This document shows, one piece after another, positions 17,800-27,295 of a stretch of DNA of 64,000 nucleotides. How positions within the stretch are numbered: the first letter of the stretch is position 1; each line of letters opens with the position of its first letter. This DNA is from an uncultured Candidatus Saccharibacteria bacterium (GTDB lineage Bacteria; Patescibacteriota; Saccharimonadia; Saccharimonadales; Saccharimonadaceae). The position numbers were made by a program, and so were the translations under genes. The notes under the pieces are model-generated. The model ran no database searches. It saw nothing but the letters and a program-made list of their open reading frames with translations, and was not told the DNA's origin. The stretch is taken from positions 795-64,794 of the forward strand of contig CAZQVE010000005.1 in NCBI GenBank assembly GCA_964596695.1. The letters are read 5' to 3'.

Positions 17800-18504
17800 T
17801 TATACCTTTGTTATGAATTTATTTGTTAAAACAATAGTATCGGTAACATCCATAGTTACAGGTGAGCCACCTGCTTGAAAAGTTAAATTCTGTGGTGTTT
17901 CTAAAAATGATGCATGATTAGTTACAGTAGTTCCATCCGATGCGGTTTCTGTTGCTCCATCATAATAAAAGAATATTGAAAATGTTCCTGGACTAAAACT
18001 AATAGCAGCACACCAAGCTTCAACTATTATAACGTCTCCAGCTAGTGCAGATACTGCGGATCCAGAAAATGTTTGTTGTTTACTTGTTTCATTAACATTT
18101 CCAGACCCATAAGGAGCACCTGCATTACTATCAAATATTGTTCCTACTTTTGCACCCGTTGATGGTCTCCAAATATAAACATTTGGTTGCATCCTATAAG
18201 GATAATATGGATCACTACCTGATTTTGCAGCAAAATTAATAGTCCAAGTGTTAGCTGCAATAGTTACATTACTAGCTAATGGTGGAGATACCCATTTAGA
18301 ACTATAAACAGTACTTTGAGAAAGTCCTAATGCTACACTAGCAGATAATGACGTTTGTGTTGTTCCTTTAGTAGTATCCATTTTTTTGTTTAAGGATTGT
18401 GATGCAAGATTGTAAGTTGCAGTACTATTAGATGATTGTTCCGTACTTGGTAATGTTCCGCTAACATCCGAGTTAGCGTCATGTAAGAATAATCTAGTTG
18501 CCAT
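17800..18504 (-). CDS. hypothetical beta-rich virion protein downstream of the tail fibre
   Basis: The preferred start (MATRLFLHD) forms a TAATG overlap with the tail-fibre stop at 18504. The ORF track extends to 18522. Composition is Ser/Thr/Gly-rich. Confidence 0.45.
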   Translation of the reverse strand: MATRLFLHDANSDVSGTLPSTEQSSNSTATYNLASQSLNKKMDTTKGTTQTSLSASVALGLSQSTVYSSKWVSPPLASNVTIAANTWTINFAAKSGSDPYYPYRMQPNVYIWRPSTGAKVGTIFDSNAGAPYGSGNVNETSKQQTFSGSAVSALAGDVIIVEAWCAAISFSPGTFSIFFYYDGATETASDGTTVTNHASFLETPQNLTFQAGGSPVTMDVTDTIVLTNKFITKV

Positions 18505-21500
18505 TAAGCAATCACCCTCCAATATATATTAACTGCATCCGTAGAACCTGATAGTGCTGAATCAAATGTAACCGTAATATTTGTATTGTCTACTTCCCAT
18601 GTCCTACCTGTAGAGTGAGTCGAGCAATCTATGAAAGCATATGAAGGAGTAGAACCTAATCCGTGAGGAATTATATATTCAGTTGAACCTCCGTCACCTA
18701 CGGCTTTTCCTGTTCTTTCTGAATCTAATGAGGCCCATTCTACGCCATTTCCTGCGGAATTTGTCCTTACTACTTGTAAGGCGGTTCCAGTTGGAGATAA
18801 ATCTGTAACTGCATGTGTATGAGTAAGTGGAGTTCTAGCATCGCTAAGACGTGAATCGGTATCACCTACTACTAATGTATCAGCATCAGGGAATGTTATT
18901 GTTCTTGCTGCGGTTAAACCTGCCTGTGACAGATTAAGATATTGGTTATTACCCACAATAATACCTCCACTACCTGAAGTGTAGACTCTGAATCTTAAAC
19001 CTAATACATTATTTATTGCTAATTGAACATTAAAGTCACCTCTTAAAGTTGCTTCGACATTATCTTCTATTGATATATATTGGAATCCATAGGTATGTTC
19101 TATATTTAGGGAATCATCGAAATTGTAATAAAATCCTGCCCCAAATCCTGCTGTGTTAACTGGTCGGTAGAAAGTCATTAACTGGCCTGTATCTGCTTGT
19201 ATTTTTTGTGCTGCTGTAAAAATATTAGCCTCATTTTCATATGCAATTGTTGAAGGTAAATGAGCAGAAGTCAATGTAGCCCATAACACATCAGTTGAAC
19301 TTGATACTAATACTTGGTTATTTGTACCCCTTGCCAACCTATCATATTTTGTTCCGGTTCCTTTCAATAAATCACCTGCACTATTTGTAGTACTATGCTT
19401 TATCGTTATTGTGTCTGTATTTAATATCAAATCTGTAATAGCTCTTGAATTAAATGAAATACTTGGCCCTGCATTAAATGTGATCATATCACTAGAACCA
19501 GTTGATCTTAACACTGAAGTTGCAACTGAATTTAATAACAAGTTTCGTCTTGTAGTTCCATCCGAAGCATATAATCCTAATGTATTTGCATCTACCTCTT
19601 TTAGCCATAGTTTATTTGTTCCCATTTGTAAACCACTTGGAACCTTATCTTGAACAAATGAATTTCCTAAGAATAATGAATTAGCATTATCTGTTACAGT
19701 TACAGTTAATGGTGTGTTTGTATCTTGCATGTTTTCTACTAAGGATATGTTTTGTGCCCCTGATTCAATTGTTATGTTCGCAGTTGTACTTGAATTATTT
19801 GCTTGGAACATACTTCTATCAAGTTTAATGTGTCTTGCAGTGGAACGAATTGTAATTGGATAATATGTAGTATTGTTACTATCAAATCTGCATCCATCAT
19901 ATATTATATTTGTACCTCCTTCGTCTACTGCTATATTTGTAGTTGTAGTTGGATGCCACTCAAAAGAACAATCTCTATATCTACCTTGCTTTACTCCAGA
20001 TTCATGTTTAACACAATTTATTACTCCATTTTCTAATACTGTAGAATAGAATCCCCAATCTTTACCGTCTTCAATATACACATTTGTACCGTTATTAATA
20101 ATTTTACCTCCATAGAAGTAAGTAGTATTGATCGAAAAGGTACCTGACGCTTCAGGAATGTGTAATCCATAGGTATCAAAGTCCATGATAGTAACATCAT
20201 ACATAGAAGTATAGACTGCTTTGTTAAGAAGTAATCCTTCACCTGTACCTCTAATAATTGCAACCCTTGCAAAGAATGGGAATCTTTCTCGAATATCAAA
20301 AGCATCTACACCATTAGCCACAGTATTGTTACAATCTATTACTAAATCAAAGACTTGTTGTCTTACATACCCTGTATTGTGACAATCTATTAAATAACCT
20401 ACTGAATCGGTATAATTTGCTTGTAAAACGGTATCACCATTTGTTGGTACCATTCCTGAGCATTTTCCTCCTTCTCCTACCATTACAAATGATTTATCTG
20501 CGAATACTAATTGTTGACTTAATGGGTACGTTCCCGCTTTTACAAGTATAAAATGACCACCTGCATTATCTATAGCATATTGTAAAACTACAGTTGCATC
20601 AGAATTAGATGAGTCTATAGCACCTGTCCAATTGTTTCTACAATAATATGTTGAACCATCTTTAAAGATAGTATATTTACCTTGTCCTAAATTCTTTACG
20701 AGATTAGTAATTGTATCTATTGTTTTATTAGTTACAGTTATTTCATTTGATGCTGTTAACACATTGGTTCCTAAATTAAGTGTCAGATCATTTGCATTAG
20801 AAACAAGATCTAAATCACTACCTACTATAAATGACTTAAATGGTAAATTAACCCCTGTTTTAGTCATTGTCCATGCTCCCCCTGTTCCTACAGTAGAATA
20901 GGTGTTAGCTTCACCCCCACTAGCACCTGGAGGAGCAGCAGGTACCCAATTTGTTCCGTCCCATGTTAACACATCATTTGTAACTGGAGCTACTGTAGTA
21001 GTATCAGCATCAGTAAGATCGTCCACACTACCTAAAGAACCAGCAAGTGCTAATTGTCCTGATTGATCTGGAAATGTAAATATTCTTTGAGCAGATAATC
21101 CGCTTTCTGATAATACAAGTCTTTGGTTTGCACCCAAAAATAGATTACCATTATTGTGTAACATGAATCTAGTTTTGAGTGTACCATCTTCAACTAATTG
21201 TAAATAGAATATTCCGCTTTGTGCCCCAGCAGTGTTCTCTTGAATTGAAGCCATCATCCTAGCATATAATACTTCAGTAGTTGATTCATTTTGTGCCGAA
21301 AAATCGATACCAATCTTATCCCCAATACCCCCACTAGGTCTATAAAGTTCTAATAACGCATCTTGATTTGCTTCTATCTTTTGATCATCAGTAAATATAT
21401 TTGCTACATTTTTCATTGCAATGTTAGAACCATCAATTAATTTCGAAGTTGCAATAGAACCCGCTAACATTGCATTTGTAATTGAAGTATTTGCAATACC

Positions 21501-23456
21501 AAGGTCAATTGTGTTTCCATCTCCGTTAGCTGCTACTGTTACTATAGAGCCATTATTTAATGTCTTAAACTCTAATATATGAGATGCATTCTCTTGTTTG
21601 AAAACTCCGATTCCAGCACCTAAATTCGATCCTCCAGTAACATCTCCTGAACCTCCTCCGCCACCTGTTCCGTCATCCATCTTAGTAACGACTCCAGAAC
21701 TATTAACCTGAGATAACATATGAGTTGTACTATCTGCCCATATTCTCAATTTACCCGCAGCAGGATTTGCCGGTTGTGCAATTTCATCAATCTCTAAATA
21801 GTGTGCACCTAATAAGTTGTCTGTATCGTTATAAAGTATAGCTGAATTAAGTTGTGCTTTATTTGTGATAGATATTTGAGTTGAAGTATGAGCTATTATA
21901 TTCGCATTGCTTACAAAATTGTAAGCTAATGCTCCAGATCCATCTATACCTAAGAATCTATTATTTGTTCCTTTTGGAAGATTTACCCATGCTGTATTAC
22001 CACTGTTTCTATATAATATATCATAAGCTGCTCCGCTTGTTATTGTAACATCTCCTAGATCATCTAATATAGAACCTGTTTTGTTTATTTTAGCCCAATC
22101 TATATTTGCTCCGCTCTTTATGTCAGCATTTTCAATATTTGTAATACTGTTACCTGTTCCATCTGCATTAAATGTTTTATTTGTAAATTCAGTTGTACTA
22201 TTATTTGTAACAATAGCACCCGAAATGTTAGGGAATGTAAATGTATGAGATGAAGTTTGCCCTGATTCTGATAATGTAACTCTTTGATTTCTTCCTACTA
22301 TTATATCTCCAAATGGACTTACAGTTAGAGCAGTCGCTAGACTTCCTGCTAATCTAGTTTGGAATTTAAGTTGTCCTGATTGTGCACCTGCGGTATTATC
22401 TGTAATACCTCCTGCTATAACAGCGTAATTAATTTCATTATTGTTACTATTTTGTTCATTGAATTGGATACCAACATCAAGACCTGCTGTCGTAGTTGTT
22501 CTATATAATGTAAGTGGATACCCTCCTGAAATTTGAATCTTTTGAAGATCTGTAAATACATTTTGTAATCCTAAAAATGCGAACGTATCGTTTGCTGTCA
22601 TAACAGGAATATTTAATATTATATTACCTGTTAAATCACCAGTTTGAATAGTATATCTATGAGAAGCATTTATGTCATACCATGCGAAATAATTTGATCT
22701 AAATGTTTGTAATTGTCCACTACCAAAAGTATTTACTTGATCTGTATAAACAGTTGAAGTTGGTAAATTAGATTTTGCTAATACTAGATTTGTTATTGTT
22801 GCAGTATCAAAGTTTACAGTATCCGTCATAATTTTTAATTCTGTATTTGTTAATTGTAATCTTGGTGTGGTTCCGAAATACCATTCATATTTATCAATCT
22901 CAGAATCATATCCAAACGTTGTCGTTAAATCTGTAGCTGAAGATATATTTGCGAAAACTGAAGTCTTGTATCCAGAAAGGAAATCAAAATGAGTATTTGG
23001 AGCTGTACCTGAAATACCTAATAATGGAACATTATTATCATTTTTATCTTTAATTTTTAATGCTCCTATTTCATTTAGGGTAAATCCTTCTATGCTGAAA
23101 TCACTTCCTAATGCTGAATTTGTAAGTACTTTACTATCAAAAATTTGTGGTGTATTTAATAAAGCAAATGTATCATCTTCAGTAACGGCAGGAATGGTAA
23201 ATACGAAATTGCCATCTATATCATCAAAATCTGCTACGGCAATACTGATCTCATTAGTTAGATCAGGATCAGTCATAGCTATCTTACCACTTCTGAATAA
23301 GAACTGTGTTTTTATTATTGGTCGCCATGATTCAAATAAAGGTGATAAGTCTATATCAGTAACAAGATTTCTTAAATTTATAATTACATCCCCCGAATAT
23401 TGACCTGTTGTAGTGGTCTGAGGGTTACTAATAGCTGGGAACGGATGATTAGTCAC
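18504..23456 (-). CDS. tail fibre / receptor-binding protein with a beta-helix domain
   Basis: 1650 aa with a GTG start.
- Three ~120-aa internal repeats (ANIFTDDQKI...FTFPD-type).
- A central region with pectin-lyase-like beta-helix character (aa ~955-1265).
- A C-terminal SDARTPLTHTHAVTDL HxH motif, which is common in phage fibres. Confidence 0.75.
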   Translation of the reverse strand: MTNHPFPAISNPQTTTTGQYSGDVIINLRNLVTDIDLSPLFESWRPIIKTQFLFRSGKIAMTDPDLTNEISIAVADFDDIDGNFVFTIPAVTEDDTFALLNTPQIFDSKVLTNSALGSDFSIEGFTLNEIGALKIKDKNDNNVPLLGISGTAPNTHFDFLSGYKTSVFANISSATDLTTTFGYDSEIDKYEWYFGTTPRLQLTNTELKIMTDTVNFDTATITNLVLAKSNLPTSTVYTDQVNTFGSGQLQTFRSNYFAWYDINASHRYTIQTGDLTGNIILNIPVMTANDTFAFLGLQNVFTDLQKIQISGGYPLTLYRTTTTAGLDVGIQFNEQNSNNNEINYAVIAGGITDNTAGAQSGQLKFQTRLAGSLATALTVSPFGDIIVGRNQRVTLSESGQTSSHTFTFPNISGAIVTNNSTTEFTNKTFNADGTGNSITNIENADIKSGANIDWAKINKTGSILDDLGDVTITSGAAYDILYRNSGNTAWVNLPKGTNNRFLGIDGSGALAYNFVSNANIIAHTSTQISITNKAQLNSAILYNDTDNLLGAHYLEIDEIAQPANPAAGKLRIWADSTTHMLSQVNSSGVVTKMDDGTGGGGGSGDVTGGSNLGAGIGVFKQENASHILEFKTLNNGSIVTVAANGDGNTIDLGIANTSITNAMLAGSIATSKLIDGSNIAMKNVANIFTDDQKIEANQDALLELYRPSGGIGDKIGIDFSAQNESTTEVLYARMMASIQENTAGAQSGIFYLQLVEDGTLKTRFMLHNNGNLFLGANQRLVLSESGLSAQRIFTFPDQSGQLALAGSLGSVDDLTDADTTTVAPVTNDVLTWDGTNWVPAAPPGASGGEANTYSTVGTGGAWTMTKTGVNLPFKSFIVGSDLDLVSNANDLTLNLGTNVLTASNEITVTNKTIDTITNLVKNLGQGKYTIFKDGSTYYCRNNWTGAIDSSNSDATVVLQYAIDNAGGHFILVKAGTYPLSQQLVFADKSFVMVGEGGKCSGMVPTNGDTVLQANYTDSVGYLIDCHNTGYVRQQVFDLVIDCNNTVANGVDAFDIRERFPFFARVAIIRGTGEGLLLNKAVYTSMYDVTIMDFDTYGLHIPEASGTFSINTTYFYGGKIINNGTNVYIEDGKDWGFYSTVLENGVINCVKHESGVKQGRYRDCSFEWHPTTTTNIAVDEGGTNIIYDGCRFDSNNTTYYPITIRSTARHIKLDRSMFQANNSSTTANITIESGAQNISLVENMQDTNTPLTVTVTDNANSLFLGNSFVQDKVPSGLQMGTNKLWLKEVDANTLGLYASDGTTRRNLLLNSVATSVLRSTGSSDMITFNAGPSISFNSRAITDLILNTDTITIKHSTTNSAGDLLKGTGTKYDRLARGTNNQVLVSSSTDVLWATLTSAHLPSTIAYENEANIFTAAQKIQADTGQLMTFYRPVNTAGFGAGFYYNFDDSLNIEHTYGFQYISIEDNVEATLRGDFNVQLAINNVLGLRFRVYTSGSGGIIVGNNQYLNLSQAGLTAARTITFPDADTLVVGDTDSRLSDARTPLTHTHAVTDLSPTGTALQVVRTNSAGNGVEWASLDSERTGKAVGDGGSTEYIIPHGLGSTPSYAFIDCSTHSTGRTWEVDNTNITVTFDSALSGSTDAVNIYWRVIA

Positions 23457-23490
23457 ATATTATTTAAGGAACTCTTAGTTAATATATTAT

Positions 23491-24348
23491 ATGTCTACTA
23501 TATCTAAGGACGAGACAATTCAAATGTTGTTATTAAAATCCCAAGTTGCGTTACCAAATGTATCTAACAAAGTCCTTAACATTGATGCTATCGATATGAG
23601 TGCTGTTAGACCAATTCAGGATCATGATAGTACTGCGGTAACACAAGCAACCAAACAGGTAGAAAGGGATTTAGCATTATCATTATTGTTCGTTATAGAA
23701 AAAATTAAAAGAAATAGACTAAAATATACCACAGAAGATGTGAAACAAATCCAAGCAATATTTAGAAATCACATTCAACGAGCATATCAACTAGGCATTG
23801 CATATGCTAATGCTATATTTGAAACTAAAGGATTCATAGAAAATAGGGATATAAATATTATTAAGTTTTTAACAGACTATTACACTAATGTTTTTATTAA
23901 TAGTATTGAAAAAGCATTGAACGATCCTGATTTTATATTTAATATTGATAGAAGTATCTTGGATATAGAACAAGAACAACTTGAGAAATCAAACATATTT
24001 AATTATATAGCACATTCTACTAGTGCAACGTTTCAATCATTACAAATTGCTACAGTAGTTAAAACTATTATTTTATTTGATATGAATTCTGTTTATCCTA
24101 ATGAAGGTGCTGTATTTGGTGCCGAGACTGTTCCTACATTACAATTCTATTGGGCCACTTCAATGGACGAAAGAGTTTGTCCTATTTGTATGGATTTAGC
24201 AAAATCAACATGGGTAATGGCAGATTGGTTTAACTTACCATTGATCCCTCATGGAGCACACCCAAACTGTAGGTGTAGAATTATGGTAAAGCCAGTAATC
24301 TTAAAAGATGATACATTAGAAGCTGTAGAAGAGTTGGTTAACTCTTAG
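23491..24348 (+). CDS. Mu F / SPP1 gp7-like minor head (head morphogenesis) protein
   Basis: The C-terminal ERVCPICMDL...PHGAHPNCRCRI matches the Phage_Mu_F signature. It lies adjacent to the portal gene. Confidence 0.7.
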   Translation: MSTISKDETIQMLLLKSQVALPNVSNKVLNIDAIDMSAVRPIQDHDSTAVTQATKQVERDLALSLLFVIEKIKRNRLKYTTEDVKQIQAIFRNHIQRAYQLGIAYANAIFETKGFIENRDINIIKFLTDYYTNVFINSIEKALNDPDFIFNIDRSILDIEQEQLEKSNIFNYIAHSTSATFQSLQIATVVKTIILFDMNSVYPNEGAVFGAETVPTLQFYWATSMDERVCPICMDLAKSTWVMADWFNLPLIPHGAHPNCRCRIMVKPVILKDDTLEAVEELVNS

Positions 24349-26050
24349 GACTTTTAGTTTCTGCTCCCTGTATTTGTTGTTTTGCACGCAGTTTAAGAGC
24401 ACTCATTTGTTGTGCTTGGTTAAACTGGTTCATCATTTGTGTTTGTTGGAAAGTCATTTCTTGGTCTTCATCTTCCTCTCTTGGGAATGGTTCTAATCCA
24501 ACTCCTGTTCTTGTTTCAGGTTTCGTAATAATTGCAGATTGATACATTTGCATAAATGCTGCTACCTTTTCTTGTAAGCTTGTAAAGTCTATTGGAGGGA
24601 AATTCAGTTTTACTTTAACTCTGAGGTTAAGATATTTCTCATCTTTAAAGTATAATGACATTAATGGTTCATACCATTGTCTACCTAAATTATTCTCTAT
24701 GTATTTTCTCTCTTTTTCTATAACTTTACCAAGAAATGTTACTACGGTATCTATTGTTGCCTTGTTTGTGATCTCTTCAAAGTTAAACATAGGAGATGGA
24801 ATTTGGAACTTCATAAGCATGTTTCTAATGTTATATTGTCTTTGATCTAGGGTTCCCTTCATATCGAACTCTGATTTAATTTCCACATAGTCAACATCAG
24901 CATTGGTTGCGAATCTTCCACCTGCTTTATTAATACGTTGCCTTAATTGTTCCATATCTACATTACTATCTGATTTGACCTTAATGATACCAACTCCCAA
25001 GTACTGAGTTTCGTTTATCTGTGGTAAGATTTTCTCATTAATTCTTCTAGTGTTACTAGATAATGCTAATATTGGTAACACATCAGAAGATCCATAACCA
25101 AATGTATTAGGTGTGATTTGATTATTTGGATTAAGGAATACTATCATTTGGCTAACTGGTAATTTCATTTCTCCTAAAGTTAATTCACCTAGTTTCTTTG
25201 GGTTCCTTTTTGCTATAGCTTCTTGATATGATCCTGGAAATGGTTTCTCATGAACTTGCTCATAGATCTTATAATTAAGATTCTTTATTGGTTTTCGTCT
25301 CCTATCCTCTGGCGTAATGTATTCTTTTAATGGAGGAATAAGAATCATATTTGGATCTTTATATAGATAATGAGTAACGTCTTGAGTCGAAGGTTCTATG
25401 AATACTTGCTCAACATAATATGGGTCTAGTATTTTTAATTTAAGAGGAGTACCAACTGGAAAATCAATGTTCATTTTCTTGTCTGTAATTTGTTGGTCAT
25501 GAAGCATTTTCCATATTAAGGATATTCCAAATACCTTTCTCTGTGTGTTTGCTATAGGTAACAATTCCCAAAGTCTATTTTCATCATCTATCATATTTAT
25601 AAAATCATTAAATTTTTCTACATCATCTTTATCTACATATTTGTGCAGCTCTTTTTCGGTATCTTCTTTGGTACTAAACTTTTGATAGTTCTTTGGATAT
25701 AACTCTGCGCTAATGTCACCTGCTAAAGTATATAGATTTATAATCTCAAGCATACTCTGCATATAAGGATCAGATTCATAGGCGTTTACAATTGCTGCTC
25801 TAGTCTCTGAAGTTAATGGATTAACCGATTTTGCTTCTCCTATTTTCATAGGTTGTGGATTGAGAACACTTTGTAGTATGCCACCTTGTTCATTTTGGTA
25901 TAGTGCCCCGAAGGATGCCCCTTTATAATAGTTAAAAATATCCCTTGTAATGCCTAAATTAGCCTTTTCTACAGGAATAATATCATCCTCTAACGTAATA
26001 ACGTTCTGTCTATGATAAAAATAAGTATAATTTGGATCTTTTTTGACCAT
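24338..26050 (-). CDS. portal protein
   Basis: 570 aa, lying between the terminase region and the Mu F-like gene, with an acidic/Gln-rich C-terminus. The assignment rests on size and synteny. Confidence 0.6.
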   Translation of the reverse strand: MVKKDPNYTYFYHRQNVITLEDDIIPVEKANLGITRDIFNYYKGASFGALYQNEQGGILQSVLNPQPMKIGEAKSVNPLTSETRAAIVNAYESDPYMQSMLEIINLYTLAGDISAELYPKNYQKFSTKEDTEKELHKYVDKDDVEKFNDFINMIDDENRLWELLPIANTQRKVFGISLIWKMLHDQQITDKKMNIDFPVGTPLKLKILDPYYVEQVFIEPSTQDVTHYLYKDPNMILIPPLKEYITPEDRRRKPIKNLNYKIYEQVHEKPFPGSYQEAIAKRNPKKLGELTLGEMKLPVSQMIVFLNPNNQITPNTFGYGSSDVLPILALSSNTRRINEKILPQINETQYLGVGIIKVKSDSNVDMEQLRQRINKAGGRFATNADVDYVEIKSEFDMKGTLDQRQYNIRNMLMKFQIPSPMFNFEEITNKATIDTVVTFLGKVIEKERKYIENNLGRQWYEPLMSLYFKDEKYLNLRVKVKLNFPPIDFTSLQEKVAAFMQMYQSAIITKPETRTGVGLEPFPREEDEDQEMTFQQTQMMNQFNQAQQMSALKLRAKQQIQGAETKSPKS

Positions 26051-26232
26051 AATATTACTAATTTATGGTACTAAAAAAGGGTTTTTAAACGAGTCAGGAA
26101 GCTCGCAACATCTATTTGGTTAGTGATCGTTCGTCTCTACAGATCGAATGCCCACACCGTATTCACATGTTTACCCTTACTATGGACATAAAGGGTAGGA
26201 AACTTACCCTTCAATATTACTTAACTAAGAGA

Positions 26233-26886
26233 TCATATATTCTTTTTGATTTGTGGTAATATGCCTTGAAATACTATTGTATTTATACTATCATGATCAG
26301 GATTAACATTTACTGTAATCCAACGTTCCTTAGCATGTAATCTAAGCATATAATAATAAGTTTTGATTTTTTCTAAACTAAACTTATCATCATATATTTC
26401 ATGAGTCAAAGCATCCTTTTCATGAATGTCTAAGAATACAACCAAGAATGGTTTAGGTAATGAGTTTCTTACCAAGTTCATTATGTAATTTTTAGGCACT
26501 TTATTAAGTAAAGAATAAACTATGTTTTTGTAAACCCATGAATCTATTATTACATAGTCACATACACTTAATTTATATATAATTGAATTCCTTAATGATA
26601 GTAAATATAGAAAGAATTGTGTATGAATTACTATTGGTTCCAAATTAAAGTGTTTAATTTGATAACTTGGTAATGGATTCTCTTGAACTGAATTTATTAA
26701 TTCTAAGTTTTGGTGCATTGATGCCAAAAGTGAATTATCAAATGGCTTTAAATGGTACACAAAGACTTTGTTGCCCCTTGATCGTAACTCTTCTGCTAGT
26801 AAGTTAGCCGAACGAGTCTTTCCTGCTTTACTTAATCCTTCAAAACAGATTAATTTTCCTCGTGTTTTTTGATATTTAATTATCAT
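26233..26886 (-). CDS. divergent thymidylate-kinase-like P-loop kinase
   Basis: The P-loop ICFEGLSKAGKT matches the EGxDGxGKxT pattern. The position of the TMK DRY motif reads IIDSWVYKN. It lies between the portal and terminase genes. Confidence 0.5.
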   Translation of the reverse strand: MIIKYQKTRGKLICFEGLSKAGKTRSANLLAEELRSRGNKVFVYHLKPFDNSLLASMHQNLELINSVQENPLPSYQIKHFNLEPIVIHTQFFLYLLSLRNSIIYKLSVCDYVIIDSWVYKNIVYSLLNKVPKNYIMNLVRNSLPKPFLVVFLDIHEKDALTHEIYDDKFSLEKIKTYYYMLRLHAKERWITVNVNPDHDSINTIVFQGILPQIKKNI

Positions 26887-26920
26887 TCCCTTTTATAGGA
26901 GCTTTCATCTATATATTAGT

Positions 26921-27295
26921 ATGGATTTTATAAACATTAGAGAATGCGTATCTGGATATAATGATAATGGAGAATATATCGATCGCAAAGTTATCTGTGA
27001 AATATGTAGTACTATTAGTGGAGATGATAATTTGTATATGCATAAAGTTACAATGAATTTTAACCCTAAAACAAATGTGTATGAATGTCCTAATTATGAG
27101 ATATGTAAACAAAGAATTAGTGGTAAAGTAATTGAAACTCTAATTTATTTTAATAATCGTGACTTTATTTATGACCCTGAGATAGAACAAAAACAAGCAA
27201 CAAAGAAAGTAAAGTTTGCTGGCTTAAACGAAGATGGGGAGATTCCACAACAAGATTTTGTTAGTTTAGATTTTGAATCTCAAGACCCTTCGTAA
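26921..27295 (+). CDS. hypothetical Cys-containing protein
   Basis: 124 aa containing CEIC...CPNYEIC. A CTATATATTAGT box abuts the ATG. It overlaps the 3' end of the terminase gene convergently by 35 nt. Confidence 0.4.
   Translation: MDFINIRECVSGYNDNGEYIDRKVICEICSTISGDDNLYMHKVTMNFNPKTNVYECPNYEICKQRISGKVIETLIYFNNRDFIYDPEIEQKQATKKVKFAGLNEDGEIPQQDFVSLDFESQDPS

Noticed and set aside
19411-23403. Embedded ORFs in the tail-fibre gene (19411-19653, 19803-20036, 20033-20305, 23092-23403)
   Set aside because: They are antisense or alternative-frame ORFs within a 1650-aa gene that has clear internal repeat structure. There is no independent support for them.
26909-27112. 67-aa minus-strand ORF
   Set aside because: It is an Ile/Phe/His-rich low-complexity translation antisense to 26921-27295. 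The latter has a balanced composition and a TATATATTAGT box abutting its ATG.
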